Shown here: in pieces, positions 10,233 to 18,655 of the stretch
How positions within the stretch are numbered: the first letter of the stretch is position 1
How the letters are laid out: each line of letters begins with the position of its first letter
Source: an uncultured archaeon
Lineage (GTDB): Archaea; Thermoproteota; Bathyarchaeia; Bathyarchaeales; Bathycorpusculaceae
Length of the DNA: 64,000 nucleotides
Reading direction: 5' to 3'
Assembly: GCA_963810275.1 (NCBI GenBank)
Contig: CAWENF010000021.1
Coordinates: forward strand, 32,001 to 96,000
The notes under the pieces: generated by a model
What the model was told of the DNA's origin: nothing
The model's database searches: none
What the model saw: only the letters and a program-made list of their open reading frames with translations
Program-made: the position numbers and the translations under genes

Positions 10233-10370
10233 GTGTATCGTTGTAGTAGTAACCATACAATCACAAAACTGTAAATTGTTACAAACGCTAATTCATATTA
10301 ATTGTTCATAAACAATTTCTATAGAATGTGTTTCTATAGAGGTTAACGATATATAGTAGTGATTGGCTAT

Positions 10371-10523
10371 ATGGGTAAAACAAGCCAAATTGGAGAGAAA
10401 ACAAAAATGTCAAAACACGTTTGCCTTAATGTAAGTGCAACAGGACGAGCGGCATTAGAACAATCAGTTGAGCGTCTAATATCGCAGAACAAAAAAGTTT
10501 TTGACAATCTAGCTAAAAGTTAA
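10371..10523 (+). CDS. Putative antitoxin for the Doc toxin (50 aa, not in ORF track)
   Basis: MGKTSQ...LISQNKKVFDNLAKS; lies 26 bp upstream of doc and has an amphipathic C-terminal helix. Confidence 0.6.
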   Translation: MGKTSQIGEKTKMSKHVCLNVSATGRAALEQSVERLISQNKKVFDNLAKS

Positions 10524-10549
10524 AAGCTCAACATCTCACTCTTTTATAT

Positions 10550-11164
10550 ATGGAAATATCGCTAACCGAAGAATGGCTCAAGCAGCTTTACGGTGTATTA
10601 GTCAATTTTTATAGGCGTAGTGAAGACCCAGTAAAGTCAGCCTATCCTTTCCCTGACTTTAATGACGCTATGCTAAACGTTTGTGTTAAAAGACCGCAAA
10701 CCAAAGTTTTTGGGCATGTAATATACCCTCATCCACTTCAGAGAGCAGCGGTTATTATGCATTCTATCGTAAATTTCCATCCGTTTGTTGATGGCAATAA
10801 AAGAATGGCTCTGTTAGCAACATACTACTACTTAATTTGGAACGGTTATACCTTCAATATACCTCGCGATGCTGATGATTTTACGATTATGGTTGCTAAA
10901 GATAAGTTGGGGCTAAATGAGGTGCTTCAATGGCTTGTTAAAAATACTAGCCGCAGTTGGTCAAATGTTGTGAGACAATGGATGTGCCGTCTTAGTGTTG
11001 GTAAAGATGGTGCAGTTCCCACTTCTGATATTTTCGCTGGTGAAGCAACAATAATAATTTTCATGCCACTAACTGGTTTTGCTTTCTTTAGGTGGAAGCT
11101 TGAAGAACATAAGCGGCGAAAGGCTCAAGGTTCAACTGTTGAAAAAGCAATTCATAAAGTCTAA
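10550..11164 (+). CDS. doc: Fic/Doc family toxin
   Basis: HPFVDGNKR motif with the Doc-type Lys; KRPQT, YPHPLQRAA. Confidence 0.85.
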   Translation: MEISLTEEWLKQLYGVLVNFYRRSEDPVKSAYPFPDFNDAMLNVCVKRPQTKVFGHVIYPHPLQRAAVIMHSIVNFHPFVDGNKRMALLATYYYLIWNGYTFNIPRDADDFTIMVAKDKLGLNEVLQWLVKNTSRSWSNVVRQWMCRLSVGKDGAVPTSDIFAGEATIIIFMPLTGFAFFRWKLEEHKRRKAQGSTVEKAIHKV

Positions 11165-11217
11165 GTGGCAAGCTGATAATTTAGCTAGTTCTGATTCTAA
11201 CAACTTCCAGATTTTAC

Positions 11218-11817
11218 TTAGATATCCAGAAAAACATTTCCGTAGAAAGTCACCTCTTTCAATATAATGCGTTCTGTATTCTCAAGCGTTGCTTTGAAAG
11301 TAACTTGACCAATGTGATATGTTCCATGCTCAACATTATCAAAATCAGGTAATGCTGATATACTCAGCGGAACGCTGAAGTTCAACTTGTTCAAGCCAGA
11401 AATAACTGGTTGATCATGAAATTTGCGATCAGAATTAAATGCATTATTAAATTCTACAAATGTTCCTTTTTTGAAAAGAGGTTCGTTATCCAGTACAAAT
11501 GTTTCTGTGTCTATTCTTGCAGTTCCAAAATATGGCGTAAATATTATTAGTTCACAATTGAAATCTCCTGAATATACAATTGGGTTGCTTGTATCGCCAC
11601 TCGCATGATCTTGATCGCTTTTTAAAGAAATGTAATCAGGTATTGGAATAATATTAGGTGAATAATCGGATAACTTGTTCTGTAATTCCAGACTTTTCTG
11701 TGCTATTGTATTTGCTTGACTATAATAATAGAAGCCAATACCCGCAACAAGTATGCTTACAATCAAGCTTACAACGCTTATCATGAGTGCAAGATCCACT
11801 GTTTTCGCCTCAGTCAT
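11218..11817 (-). CDS. Hypothetical protein with N-terminal membrane anchor
   Basis: Single TM segment followed by a beta-rich domain. Confidence 0.6.
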   Translation of the reverse strand: MTEAKTVDLALMISVVSLIVSILVAGIGFYYYSQANTIAQKSLELQNKLSDYSPNIIPIPDYISLKSDQDHASGDTSNPIVYSGDFNCELIIFTPYFGTARIDTETFVLDNEPLFKKGTFVEFNNAFNSDRKFHDQPVISGLNKLNFSVPLSISALPDFDNVEHGTYHIGQVTFKATLENTERIILKEVTFYGNVFLDI

Positions 11818-11894
11818 GAAGCATTATCTATCTTATTTTCTATATTTAATTTTTTAATTTTTTGATAATGGGCATTTAAAATCTAATCTAAAAG

Positions 11895-12788
11895 TCATAA
11901 TTCTTTAAAATCATAGTTTATCCATTTTGAAAGCCAAGTAATTGTATCTATATCACCTTGGATTATCTCGGCTCGTCCGCTCAGAACTACTAGAGCTTCA
12001 GTTATGGAATTGAGTTGAACTTGCTGTCTATAGGGCAAAGACCCCGTAGATTTAGAAAGCAACTCTTCATAAACACGCAACTGACGAAGCAAATGCTCAG
12101 GACAAATCACCTGTTTGGGTTTTCTAACGACAGAAAACTTCACACCTTCGATTGCATCAGCCCTTCCAGAATCAATCGCGTCCATTACAATTTGAGTAGT
12201 TGAAACTGAATGACTAAAACTAAAAGGCAAAAGCCTAGACAAAAACCCAGTACCCTTCCATGCCCGATTGAACTCTTCAAAATTAGAATTAGTAGTAGCC
12301 GTAATCAATCCAGCCTTAACAGGTTTTTCAGATTTAAACTCCAAATGATAAGATGAAAGATCAACAACGCCTTCCTCAGTCATACTTCTCAAAACCGCTA
12401 TCAGCGTATTTCTTGTGTTTTTGCCATGACTCATGCAATTAGTAAAATCAGGAACAACCAAAAACTTCTTTTCACTATTCGTAACCTTGCCTAAAAAATC
12501 AACCAAATATTTAGGAGTAATATCATTAACATAACTCACTTCCTTAAGCTTAGCTAATGGGGAAAGTAAACGTGTTTTGCCAATGCCAGCTTGCCCAATC
12601 AAAAGAAGAGAAAGCGGTTTAGGGCAAGACTTCAAAAAAGCTGTCTGAACAACCAAATTTTCAATTAACAAAATGGGGTAATCAGAGTGGGTCACTTGCC
12701 CAAAAAAGGTACTCTGCATATCAGGGTTACTTTTAGAGGTAAGTGGGTCACTCTGGCACTTTACGATACCCTTTCTCTGTTTTTTCAT
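11895..12788 (-). CDS. AAA+ ATPase, MCM-like helicase core
   Basis: Walker A GQAGIGKT, Walker B-like FLVVPD, RSMTEEG, arginine-finger-like GFLSRL. Confidence 0.7.
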   Translation of the reverse strand: MKKQRKGIVKCQSDPLTSKSNPDMQSTFFGQVTHSDYPILLIENLVVQTAFLKSCPKPLSLLLIGQAGIGKTRLLSPLAKLKEVSYVNDITPKYLVDFLGKVTNSEKKFLVVPDFTNCMSHGKNTRNTLIAVLRSMTEEGVVDLSSYHLEFKSEKPVKAGLITATTNSNFEEFNRAWKGTGFLSRLLPFSFSHSVSTTQIVMDAIDSGRADAIEGVKFSVVRKPKQVICPEHLLRQLRVYEELLSKSTGSLPYRQQVQLNSITEALVVLSGRAEIIQGDIDTITWLSKWINYDFKEL

Positions 12789-13150
12789 TGTAAATCCTTC
12801 CGACTGTAGATGTATCTGAGCCTCACGCTGGGTTCTTCAAACAGTTTATTCCACTCAGAAAGGTGGGAATCTATTCTTGCACGATTAAACTCAACACGCC
12901 GACAATCATCCCCCAAAAGCCACTGTAAAAAGTTAGCCGCTTTCGCTTCTATTGATTGGTTGAGTTCAATGTAGAAGTGTTGCCCTTTGTTTTTGCTGTT
13001 GCAGACTTGGATCGTTTCAACGGTTAGATTGAGCTTCTTGCATGAATGTAGTATTGTTTGGATGTATTGTTTTATCCAGCTTTGGCTTGCCATACAATCT
13101 CTATCGATCTTTAGAAGTTTAGTTTTTGAATTTACGTTTCTTCTTTGCAT
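12785..13150 (-). CDS. Minimal archaeo-eukaryotic primase (AEP)-like protein
   Basis: Motif I-like LLKIDRD, motif II-like SKNKGQHFYI, acidic LLGDD. Confidence 0.5.
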   Translation of the reverse strand: MQRRNVNSKTKLLKIDRDCMASQSWIKQYIQTILHSCKKLNLTVETIQVCNSKNKGQHFYIELNQSIEAKAANFLQWLLGDDCRRVEFNRARIDSHLSEWNKLFEEPSVRLRYIYSRKDLQ

Positions 13151-13535
13151 AAGTTAGCACCTTTGAAGGAAGCTCATAGGCTTTCCATCGACTGCGTTTT
13201 CCTACACCTTCCATTTGTCTTGCTTCTATACTGATTAATTCCTGTGTCTTCTCTGCATTTTGTTCGCGTTCAAAAGCTATTCTGATTCTTCCTTTAGGTA
13301 TCCAGCGTTTGAATTTACGATAGACCGTCTGCTGAAAATGAACCACACACCGCTTAGCTAAGTATTTACGTACATCTCTAATAGCACCTTTTTGTGCCAC
13401 TTTATAGTGCATTTCATACTCTTTCACCCCACTTGCACAACCGTCATACCACACACTTGCAATGGTCATGCGATAAACTCTAACAGGCGCTTTTAGAGAA
13501 AAAGAAGGTGGCTGAGCCACTATTTGGTGACTCAT
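13119..13535 (-). CDS. Hypothetical basic protein in the replication operon
   Basis: Overlaps both neighbours; very K/R-rich. Confidence 0.6.
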   Translation of the reverse strand: MSHQIVAQPPSFSLKAPVRVYRMTIASVWYDGCASGVKEYEMHYKVAQKGAIRDVRKYLAKRCVVHFQQTVYRKFKRWIPKGRIRIAFEREQNAEKTQELISIEARQMEGVGKRSRWKAYELPSKVLTYAKKKRKFKN

Positions 13536-13876
13536 GTTGGTATCTCCTTTGATTTGGTTGGTTGTGCGTAGAGTACGGTTCTTTGTTCGCCTTTGACATT
13601 TTCTGTGCGTTTTTGTATCTTGACTGTTTTCCCTATCCAGTCATCGCCGTTGGAGCCAAAAGTAGTTACTAGTCTATCGTTGGAAGTGCTGTTTAATGTC
13701 CATCGGTAAGCCTTGCCGTCATGTTTTAGTTTAACTACAATCTGTGTTTGTTCTTTGCCAAATTTGCTTTCTTCTGCCGCTATAATTGAAGGTTGTTCAG
13801 TGATTATCGCTGTCTCTTCTTCTTTTATTTCCGCAGAGTTCAAGAAAGGCTGCTTTATTCTAATGGGAATATTCAA
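13532..13876 (-). CDS. Virus-type OB-fold ssDNA-binding-like protein
   Basis: FL.SAEI...WTLNSTSNDRLVTTFG...DWIGKTVKI pattern seen in phage SSB-like proteins. Confidence 0.55.
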   Translation of the reverse strand: MNIPIRIKQPFLNSAEIKEEETAIITEQPSIIAAEESKFGKEQTQIVVKLKHDGKAYRWTLNSTSNDRLVTTFGSNGDDWIGKTVKIQKRTENVKGEQRTVLYAQPTKSKEIPT

Positions 13877-13971
13877 AATATTTCGCCTCCCATTAGCTGA
13901 ACGAAACTGGTCAAGGATTTGGAAATCGATTTTCTTTTAAAATCTATTTTGTTTTTGTTTTTTGCTGACAT
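13873..13971 (-). CDS. Possible 32-aa leader ORF of the replication operon
   Basis: MSAKNKNKIDFKRKSIS...; its TGA overlaps the TTG start of the next gene. Confidence 0.3.
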   Translation of the reverse strand: MSAKNKNKIDFKRKSISKSLTSFVQLMGGEIF

Positions 13972-14048
13972 TTTTGTCACACGATAAGGATAGACTTTGA
14001 ATAATTTCACGAGTTTGTGGCAAAAAAACTCAGAATATCTATGTGGAG

Positions 14049-14107
14049 TTGAGAGTAACTCTCAGTCTTAAAATGAATTTTACCATACTATTGAGAGCAA
14101 CTCTCAA
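14049..14107. promoter_or_regulatory. Two palindromic operators TTGAGAG-N3-CTCTCA(A)
   Basis: 14049-14064 and 14091-14107, in the divergent intergenic region. Confidence 0.65.
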
Positions 14108-14126
14108 AAGCTAACAGTTCATAACA

Positions 14127-14960
14127 TTGTGTGAAGGTGGCGAATTGAGCGAGCAAAAAGATATGTCTGATTTAATTAAAGCAGCTCTCGATGAAGGAAC
14201 AAAGGATTCAGCTGAACTCGAGAAAAAGACCGAGGAAATGTGGCTTAAATTCAAGAAATCGCCTTTTCCATCCTCAACTTATTACCGTCACCTTAACAAT
14301 CTCCAAAAAATTCATGAAATAAAAAAAACCAAAATTATTCGTTATGAACTTGTTATAGACAATATAGACTCAAAGATTGAAGATTGTATAAGAGCAATTA
14401 ATAGTTCCAAGAATGAGGAAATATTATCATCGCGACTGTCACAACTTGAAGGTTTGCTGATTAATAAAAAAATTTCAATGTATCCAGATGTGCTGACTTG
14501 TTTAAGCTCGTCTATTGATAATAAATTAATAACAGAAAATTTGGAAACCTTCAAAGTTCTCGTAGATATTTTGTCTCATAAACTGTATTCTACATCAGAA
14601 CCTCTGAATTCCAACGAAGATTACAAAATAAGAGACAATATTTCGCTAAAACTAATTAATTTATTAAAAGACAAATCCTTGGAATATCTGCGTTATTCCC
14701 TTACCCTGTTAGGTTACACTACCAAGAAAGAGGCTGTAGATTTAATATTTCAAAAAATAAACAGCGACCCCTTGAAAGCACTTAACGGTGTTAGCGATTC
14801 TCTTTCATCAGGTTACGCCAGAGCCTTAGCAAAACTTGAAGATTCGAATAATAGGCTTATACAGCAAGGATTTGACCAATTAATAAATTCAGGCGAAGAA
14901 ACTAAAATCAAGGTTGGAAAGTTACTAAGAAAACGAGTGGCAAATGAGGATTTATTTTAA
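14127..14960 (+). CDS. Hypothetical protein with probable N-terminal wHTH and alpha-helical C-terminus
   Basis: PSSTYYRHLNNLQK recognition-helix-like segment; divergent from the replication operon. Confidence 0.55.
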   Translation: MCEGGELSEQKDMSDLIKAALDEGTKDSAELEKKTEEMWLKFKKSPFPSSTYYRHLNNLQKIHEIKKTKIIRYELVIDNIDSKIEDCIRAINSSKNEEILSSRLSQLEGLLINKKISMYPDVLTCLSSSIDNKLITENLETFKVLVDILSHKLYSTSEPLNSNEDYKIRDNISLKLINLLKDKSLEYLRYSLTLLGYTTKKEAVDLIFQKINSDPLKALNGVSDSLSSGYARALAKLEDSNNRLIQQGFDQLINSGEETKIKVGKLLRKRVANEDLF

Positions 14961-14961
14961 C

Positions 14962-16176
14962 TCACTGGATTAATTTAGATGCAACAGTTTGATAAACTTT
15001 GAAGGGTCGATTGGTTTTAGCGTTTTTACGTAAATAATGCAATGTACTTTTCCCTATGCCTAATTCTTTTGCTTGACTTTGACTTAATCCTATTATTCGC
15101 TTTCTTAAATCCTTATTATCTGTTCTATGTAGGTTTGGTTTTGGCTCGTTAAAATCTAACTTTTTAGTTTTGCCTGATAAGTAACGTGCCAATTCTTGTG
15201 TTTTGCGAAGAATAATTGTATCCCATTTGCAGGTTATGCCTTTGTAATTGGTTCCAATGTTGAAGCGTTCTTGGAAGAGTTTTAGAAAGCTTCTTTTTGC
15301 TTCCTGATCTATGTGGTAGCGGTAATCGTTGCCTAAGAAATAGAAATCCTGCAAATCTAAAACTCCCGATTCAAACGCCTCTAAAACAGTAACATCAGCT
15401 AACCACCTAAAAGGTTCCTGCAAATCATAAACCAGTGACTGCTTAGTCTGGTAGTTACTATATTCATGCAAAAAGCCTATTGAAGGCTCTAATCCTACTG
15501 TGTTTATAGCTTTTCTACAGTAGCCTTCCAGCACACCGTAAGCATAGTTTAGTGTTAGGTTGATGGGGTCGGTTGCATTGCTGTTGTGGCTGCCTGTTGT
15601 TCTGCCTTGAAAATCAAAACACTCAGGAATGACTGATTTTATTGCTTGCCAGTATCTTAGGGTTACTCTGCCTTCTACTGTTCGTATTTGGCTAACTGTT
15701 TTAGCTTGAAGCAGTCTTAGTTGTTCGGTTTTTGCTATTTTTAGGTGCTTGGTTATGTCGTATTTTTCTGCTATCCAGTTTAGAACTTGGATGTTTCGCT
15801 GTATTTTTGCTTCTATGAAGACTTTTGCTATTTGGGTTTGTTTTTCTTTGTTTAGTGAGGCTTGGATTTGTGATAGTTTGGTATCGACTTTTACGGGTGT
15901 AGGTGGCAGAATGCTTGAAATTATTGTTCCATCAAAATCTAGAATAAAGGTTGGTATGTTGTTTTTTGAGAGCCAGTGAAAGGCTTGAAGTGAAATGTAT
16001 CCGCTGTGTCCGTCTATTATTATTGTGTCGTAGGGGATTTTTCTTGGTGTAAAGGTGTAGGTTTCGGTTTTTGTTTTGGGTGTATCTTTTCCGTTTGTTA
16101 TGGTTAGTTCTGATCTGTTTTTGAGGTTGTCTGTTTTTATTTTTATGCCGTATCCGTTTAGTTGTAGCAGATTCAC
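14962..16176 (-). CDS. cas1: Cas1-solo endonuclease, casposase-type with C-terminal HTH
   Basis: LNGYG N-terminus, IIIDGHSGYISLQAFHWL, catalytic VEGR / GFLHE / DLQEPFR, LNYAYG, C-terminal ELGIGKSTLHYLR HTH as in family 2 casposases. No cas2 or CRISPR array. Confidence 0.9.
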   Translation of the reverse strand: MNLLQLNGYGIKIKTDNLKNRSELTITNGKDTPKTKTETYTFTPRKIPYDTIIIDGHSGYISLQAFHWLSKNNIPTFILDFDGTIISSILPPTPVKVDTKLSQIQASLNKEKQTQIAKVFIEAKIQRNIQVLNWIAEKYDITKHLKIAKTEQLRLLQAKTVSQIRTVEGRVTLRYWQAIKSVIPECFDFQGRTTGSHNSNATDPINLTLNYAYGVLEGYCRKAINTVGLEPSIGFLHEYSNYQTKQSLVYDLQEPFRWLADVTVLEAFESGVLDLQDFYFLGNDYRYHIDQEAKRSFLKLFQERFNIGTNYKGITCKWDTIILRKTQELARYLSGKTKKLDFNEPKPNLHRTDNKDLRKRIIGLSQSQAKELGIGKSTLHYLRKNAKTNRPFKVYQTVASKLIQ

Positions 16177-16258
16177 TTAACGCACCTTTTTGATACCAAT
16201 ATGGTATAATGATAACGCTAATATTAAGGTAGCTATTTTATACTTTTTAGGTATCAAA

Positions 16259-16408
16259 ATGGTTAAGGCAATGTCTCTGAGGCTTCCTGATGAAATAGAC
16301 AATAAACTTGAAACCGCAATCAAAAAAGGAAATGCAATAACTAAAACCGAACTAATAAGAAGAGCAATTTCCGAATTTATCGAAAAACATCCAGAAACCT
16401 TCTCCTAA
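16259..16408 (+). CDS. Ribbon-helix-helix (CopG-like) regulator
   Basis: MSLRLPDEIDNKLE...KTELIRRAISEF; divergent from cas1. Confidence 0.8.
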   Translation: MVKAMSLRLPDEIDNKLETAIKKGNAITKTELIRRAISEFIEKHPETFS

Positions 16409-16902
16409 AAAAGAAATAAGCGAACATGCATTATTCGATTTTCTGCATGTTTTTCGGTTGTTTTATTCTGATTTTTTGCTTGTTAGTGATTTTTTCAATT
16501 GCTTTTCTTGTTCTTTTTGCATGGATTCTTGTTGTTTTATTGTCTTTATGCTCTTTACGGTTGTTAAACATTAAGTTGTTTTTTCTTTGTTTTCTTATTT
16601 ATTTTTGTTCGGTTGATTGTTTCTTGTTCTTTTATGAATTTTGAGATCTGTAACCAATTTTTGGGTTAATGCCTTCCTTCAATCTGTCAAGTGCCTTTAT
16701 GCAAGCAGATTTGATTACATGTCACTTTTTAATTGGTGACAATCTATCTCCTTATGTTTGGAGTTTATGCAACTGCACTCATTTCTTTAACATTGAATAA
16801 GGAATTTGAACTAATAAAGAAAACAGTTGATATCTAATTCGTAACATTTTTTTATTTAAAGGTGATTTCTTTGAAATATACGAATTATCATTTTTCACTT
16901 TT

Positions 16903-18033
16903 TCAACTTTTTTGTTTTATATGGGCTGATATTCCATCCAACTTTATTATAATCTCATTTATTTTACATTCAACAATATCCAGTTTTTCTCCATAATTTA
17001 TATGAAAGAAATATTTTTCATAGGATGATAGATTTCTTATTTGACTTCCCAAATCTCTAAGATTTTCAAAATTAAGAAAATGCCACATATCAGCCGCGTA
17101 GCCAAACTTATAAAAAATATATCCGAAACGCCTTAGGAAATGTTGCACTTTTGCAAACTCACTTCGTTTAAGATAATTTTGAGAAATCATCCATTCATCT
17201 TTGAAAGAGGAGATTGCTTCCAAGGTGATATGTGAAAATGCTACCTCACTCATGACAGGTGGGTCTTTCTTTATTTGTTCGAAAATTTTCTGAGATAACA
17301 TAGCTGATTTTTGAAGTTTGCTTCCGAGTTCATCTGCACATTCTTGTCCCATGTTCAAGTCAATTAATTGAACATCTTCCAAGCTATTTCTAAGATTGAG
17401 CAAAACTCTCTCTATCCCTAACTTCTTTGCGTATCCGCTATTAACTAGACTCAATATCTTTTCGCTTGTACCCATTACGTCATATTTTAGTTGGTTCCAG
17501 TCGGATTGCTCGAGATGATCTGCATAATCAGAGTAAAATAGTTGTGTGTCACTCAGTTGCGCAATAAGATTTAATGCAGATTGCATATTTTTGTTAATTG
17601 TCTCATCATTTTGTTGATTTGAAAAGTTTCGAGTGTAAAGCCGATATAATTGTTCTATCTCATGCGGTTCAAGTTTTCGAGTGATGCTTTGATCACGTGT
17701 ATATGCTCTAAAATCTTGGTAATAAACTGGTTCCTCACCTTTTGGGACATCAATTCTAACTACAGTTTTTGAGCCAATACCGATAAAAGTTACTTTCACA
17801 CGTATTGCTGGCTTGACTTTGTTTCGAGAAATGTTGACAATTTCACGCATGTATTTGTCTTTTTGTATTCCATCAGATAAGTTGTCTAACCCATTGATTC
17901 GTCTGTTCTGGTCAATGCCAATGTAAATTCGACCGTTATTTGAGGTAGCAAACCCAGCAATTGCCTCTGCAATTTCGCTATTAGAGGTAGCTTTTTTCTT
18001 AAATTCGATTTCTTGGCATTCCCAGCTATCCAT
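16903..18033 (-). CDS. Schlafen/AlbA_2 domain protein
   Basis: ECQEIEFK, IAGFATSNNGRIYIGID, YTRDQSITRKL. Confidence 0.8.
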   Translation of the reverse strand: MDSWECQEIEFKKKATSNSEIAEAIAGFATSNNGRIYIGIDQNRRINGLDNLSDGIQKDKYMREIVNISRNKVKPAIRVKVTFIGIGSKTVVRIDVPKGEEPVYYQDFRAYTRDQSITRKLEPHEIEQLYRLYTRNFSNQQNDETINKNMQSALNLIAQLSDTQLFYSDYADHLEQSDWNQLKYDVMGTSEKILSLVNSGYAKKLGIERVLLNLRNSLEDVQLIDLNMGQECADELGSKLQKSAMLSQKIFEQIKKDPPVMSEVAFSHITLEAISSFKDEWMISQNYLKRSEFAKVQHFLRRFGYIFYKFGYAADMWHFLNFENLRDLGSQIRNLSSYEKYFFHINYGEKLDIVECKINEIIIKLDGISAHIKQKS

Positions 18034-18244
18034 GTCCCTTTTAAGCTGATGAACATACCTAGAATTTTCTTCAGTGGTTGACGTAAATCATGCCCTAACT
18101 AACTTTAGATTAGTTATCCTTTATAATGGTGATTATCAGCTGCGTTTCATTTTTCCATATGATAGCTCGTTTGCCCCTTTTACTAATAAAGGACGTATAT
18201 TGGGTTTTTGGCTTAGAAATTTATTCCAAGGACGTGTGTGTGTG

Positions 18245-18258
18245 CCCGCCACACCAGT
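18245..18258 (+). repeat. Right copy of the 14-bp target-site duplication, preceded by a (GT)5G terminus
   Basis: GTGTGTGTGTG (18234-18244) followed by CCCGCCACACCAGT. Confidence 0.75.
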
Positions 18259-18495
18259 CACGAATTTATCTTGCTTCTACCCATCTTTTTTCCTTTCCCA
18301 AACCAAAGACAAGTTAACCTTAGCTTGGTTACAGCCAAAACCTTCGAAAAAAATTTTCTTCTGTATGGGCTGCGTCTTGGTGCGGTCGTTGTAGTGAACC
18401 ATCCTTGTCTGGTAGAAGATCGGTTGGACGGATAGCTTCAAGCGAGGCATGTTCCTCATTCCGCCCAAGAGGCAAACAGACAAAGGAGGGATTCA

Positions 18496-18642
18496 ATGAA
18501 TAAACCTAAGCATAGGCGCCGCGGTTTATTGCGTCTGCTTCTTTTTCTCTTCCTTGTACCGCTGTGGCTGCTGGCCTGGATAATTTACTATTTGGGAGAG
18601 GGCTCGAGACGCACTCGCTGCGAGCCTGAGGAGTTCTCATAG
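18496..18642 (+). CDS. Small single-TM protein (48 aa, not in ORF track)
   Basis: GGAGG RBS; MNKPKHRRRGLLRLLLFLFLVPLWLLAWIIYYLG. Confidence 0.6.
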   Translation: MNKPKHRRRGLLRLLLFLFLVPLWLLAWIIYYLGEGSRRTRCEPEEFS

Positions 18643-18655
18643 GAGCGGTTTTTTT

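Larger units (their letters stand above)
9907..18244. mobile_element. tRNA-Lys-integrated casposon-like element (casposase, no PolB)
   Basis: Flanking direct repeat, CACACACA...TGTGTGTG inverted termini, AT-rich interior, Cas1-solo as the only recognisable recombinase. Confidence 0.75.

Noticed and set aside
16426-16644. 72-aa Phe/Leu-rich plus-strand ORF as a membrane protein
   Set aside because: Its hydrophobicity simply reflects a low-complexity T-rich tract, so it is likely spurious.
14962-16900. CRISPR-Cas adaptation locus around cas1
   Set aside because: No cas2, cas4 or effector genes and no regularly spaced repeat-spacer array were seen anywhere in the window. The protein has casposase features.
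9907-18244. Canonical PolB casposon or tyrosine-integrase island
   Set aside because: No ORF has PolB motifs (DxxSLYP, YGDTDS) or the R-H-x-x-R-Y tyrosine recombinase signature.
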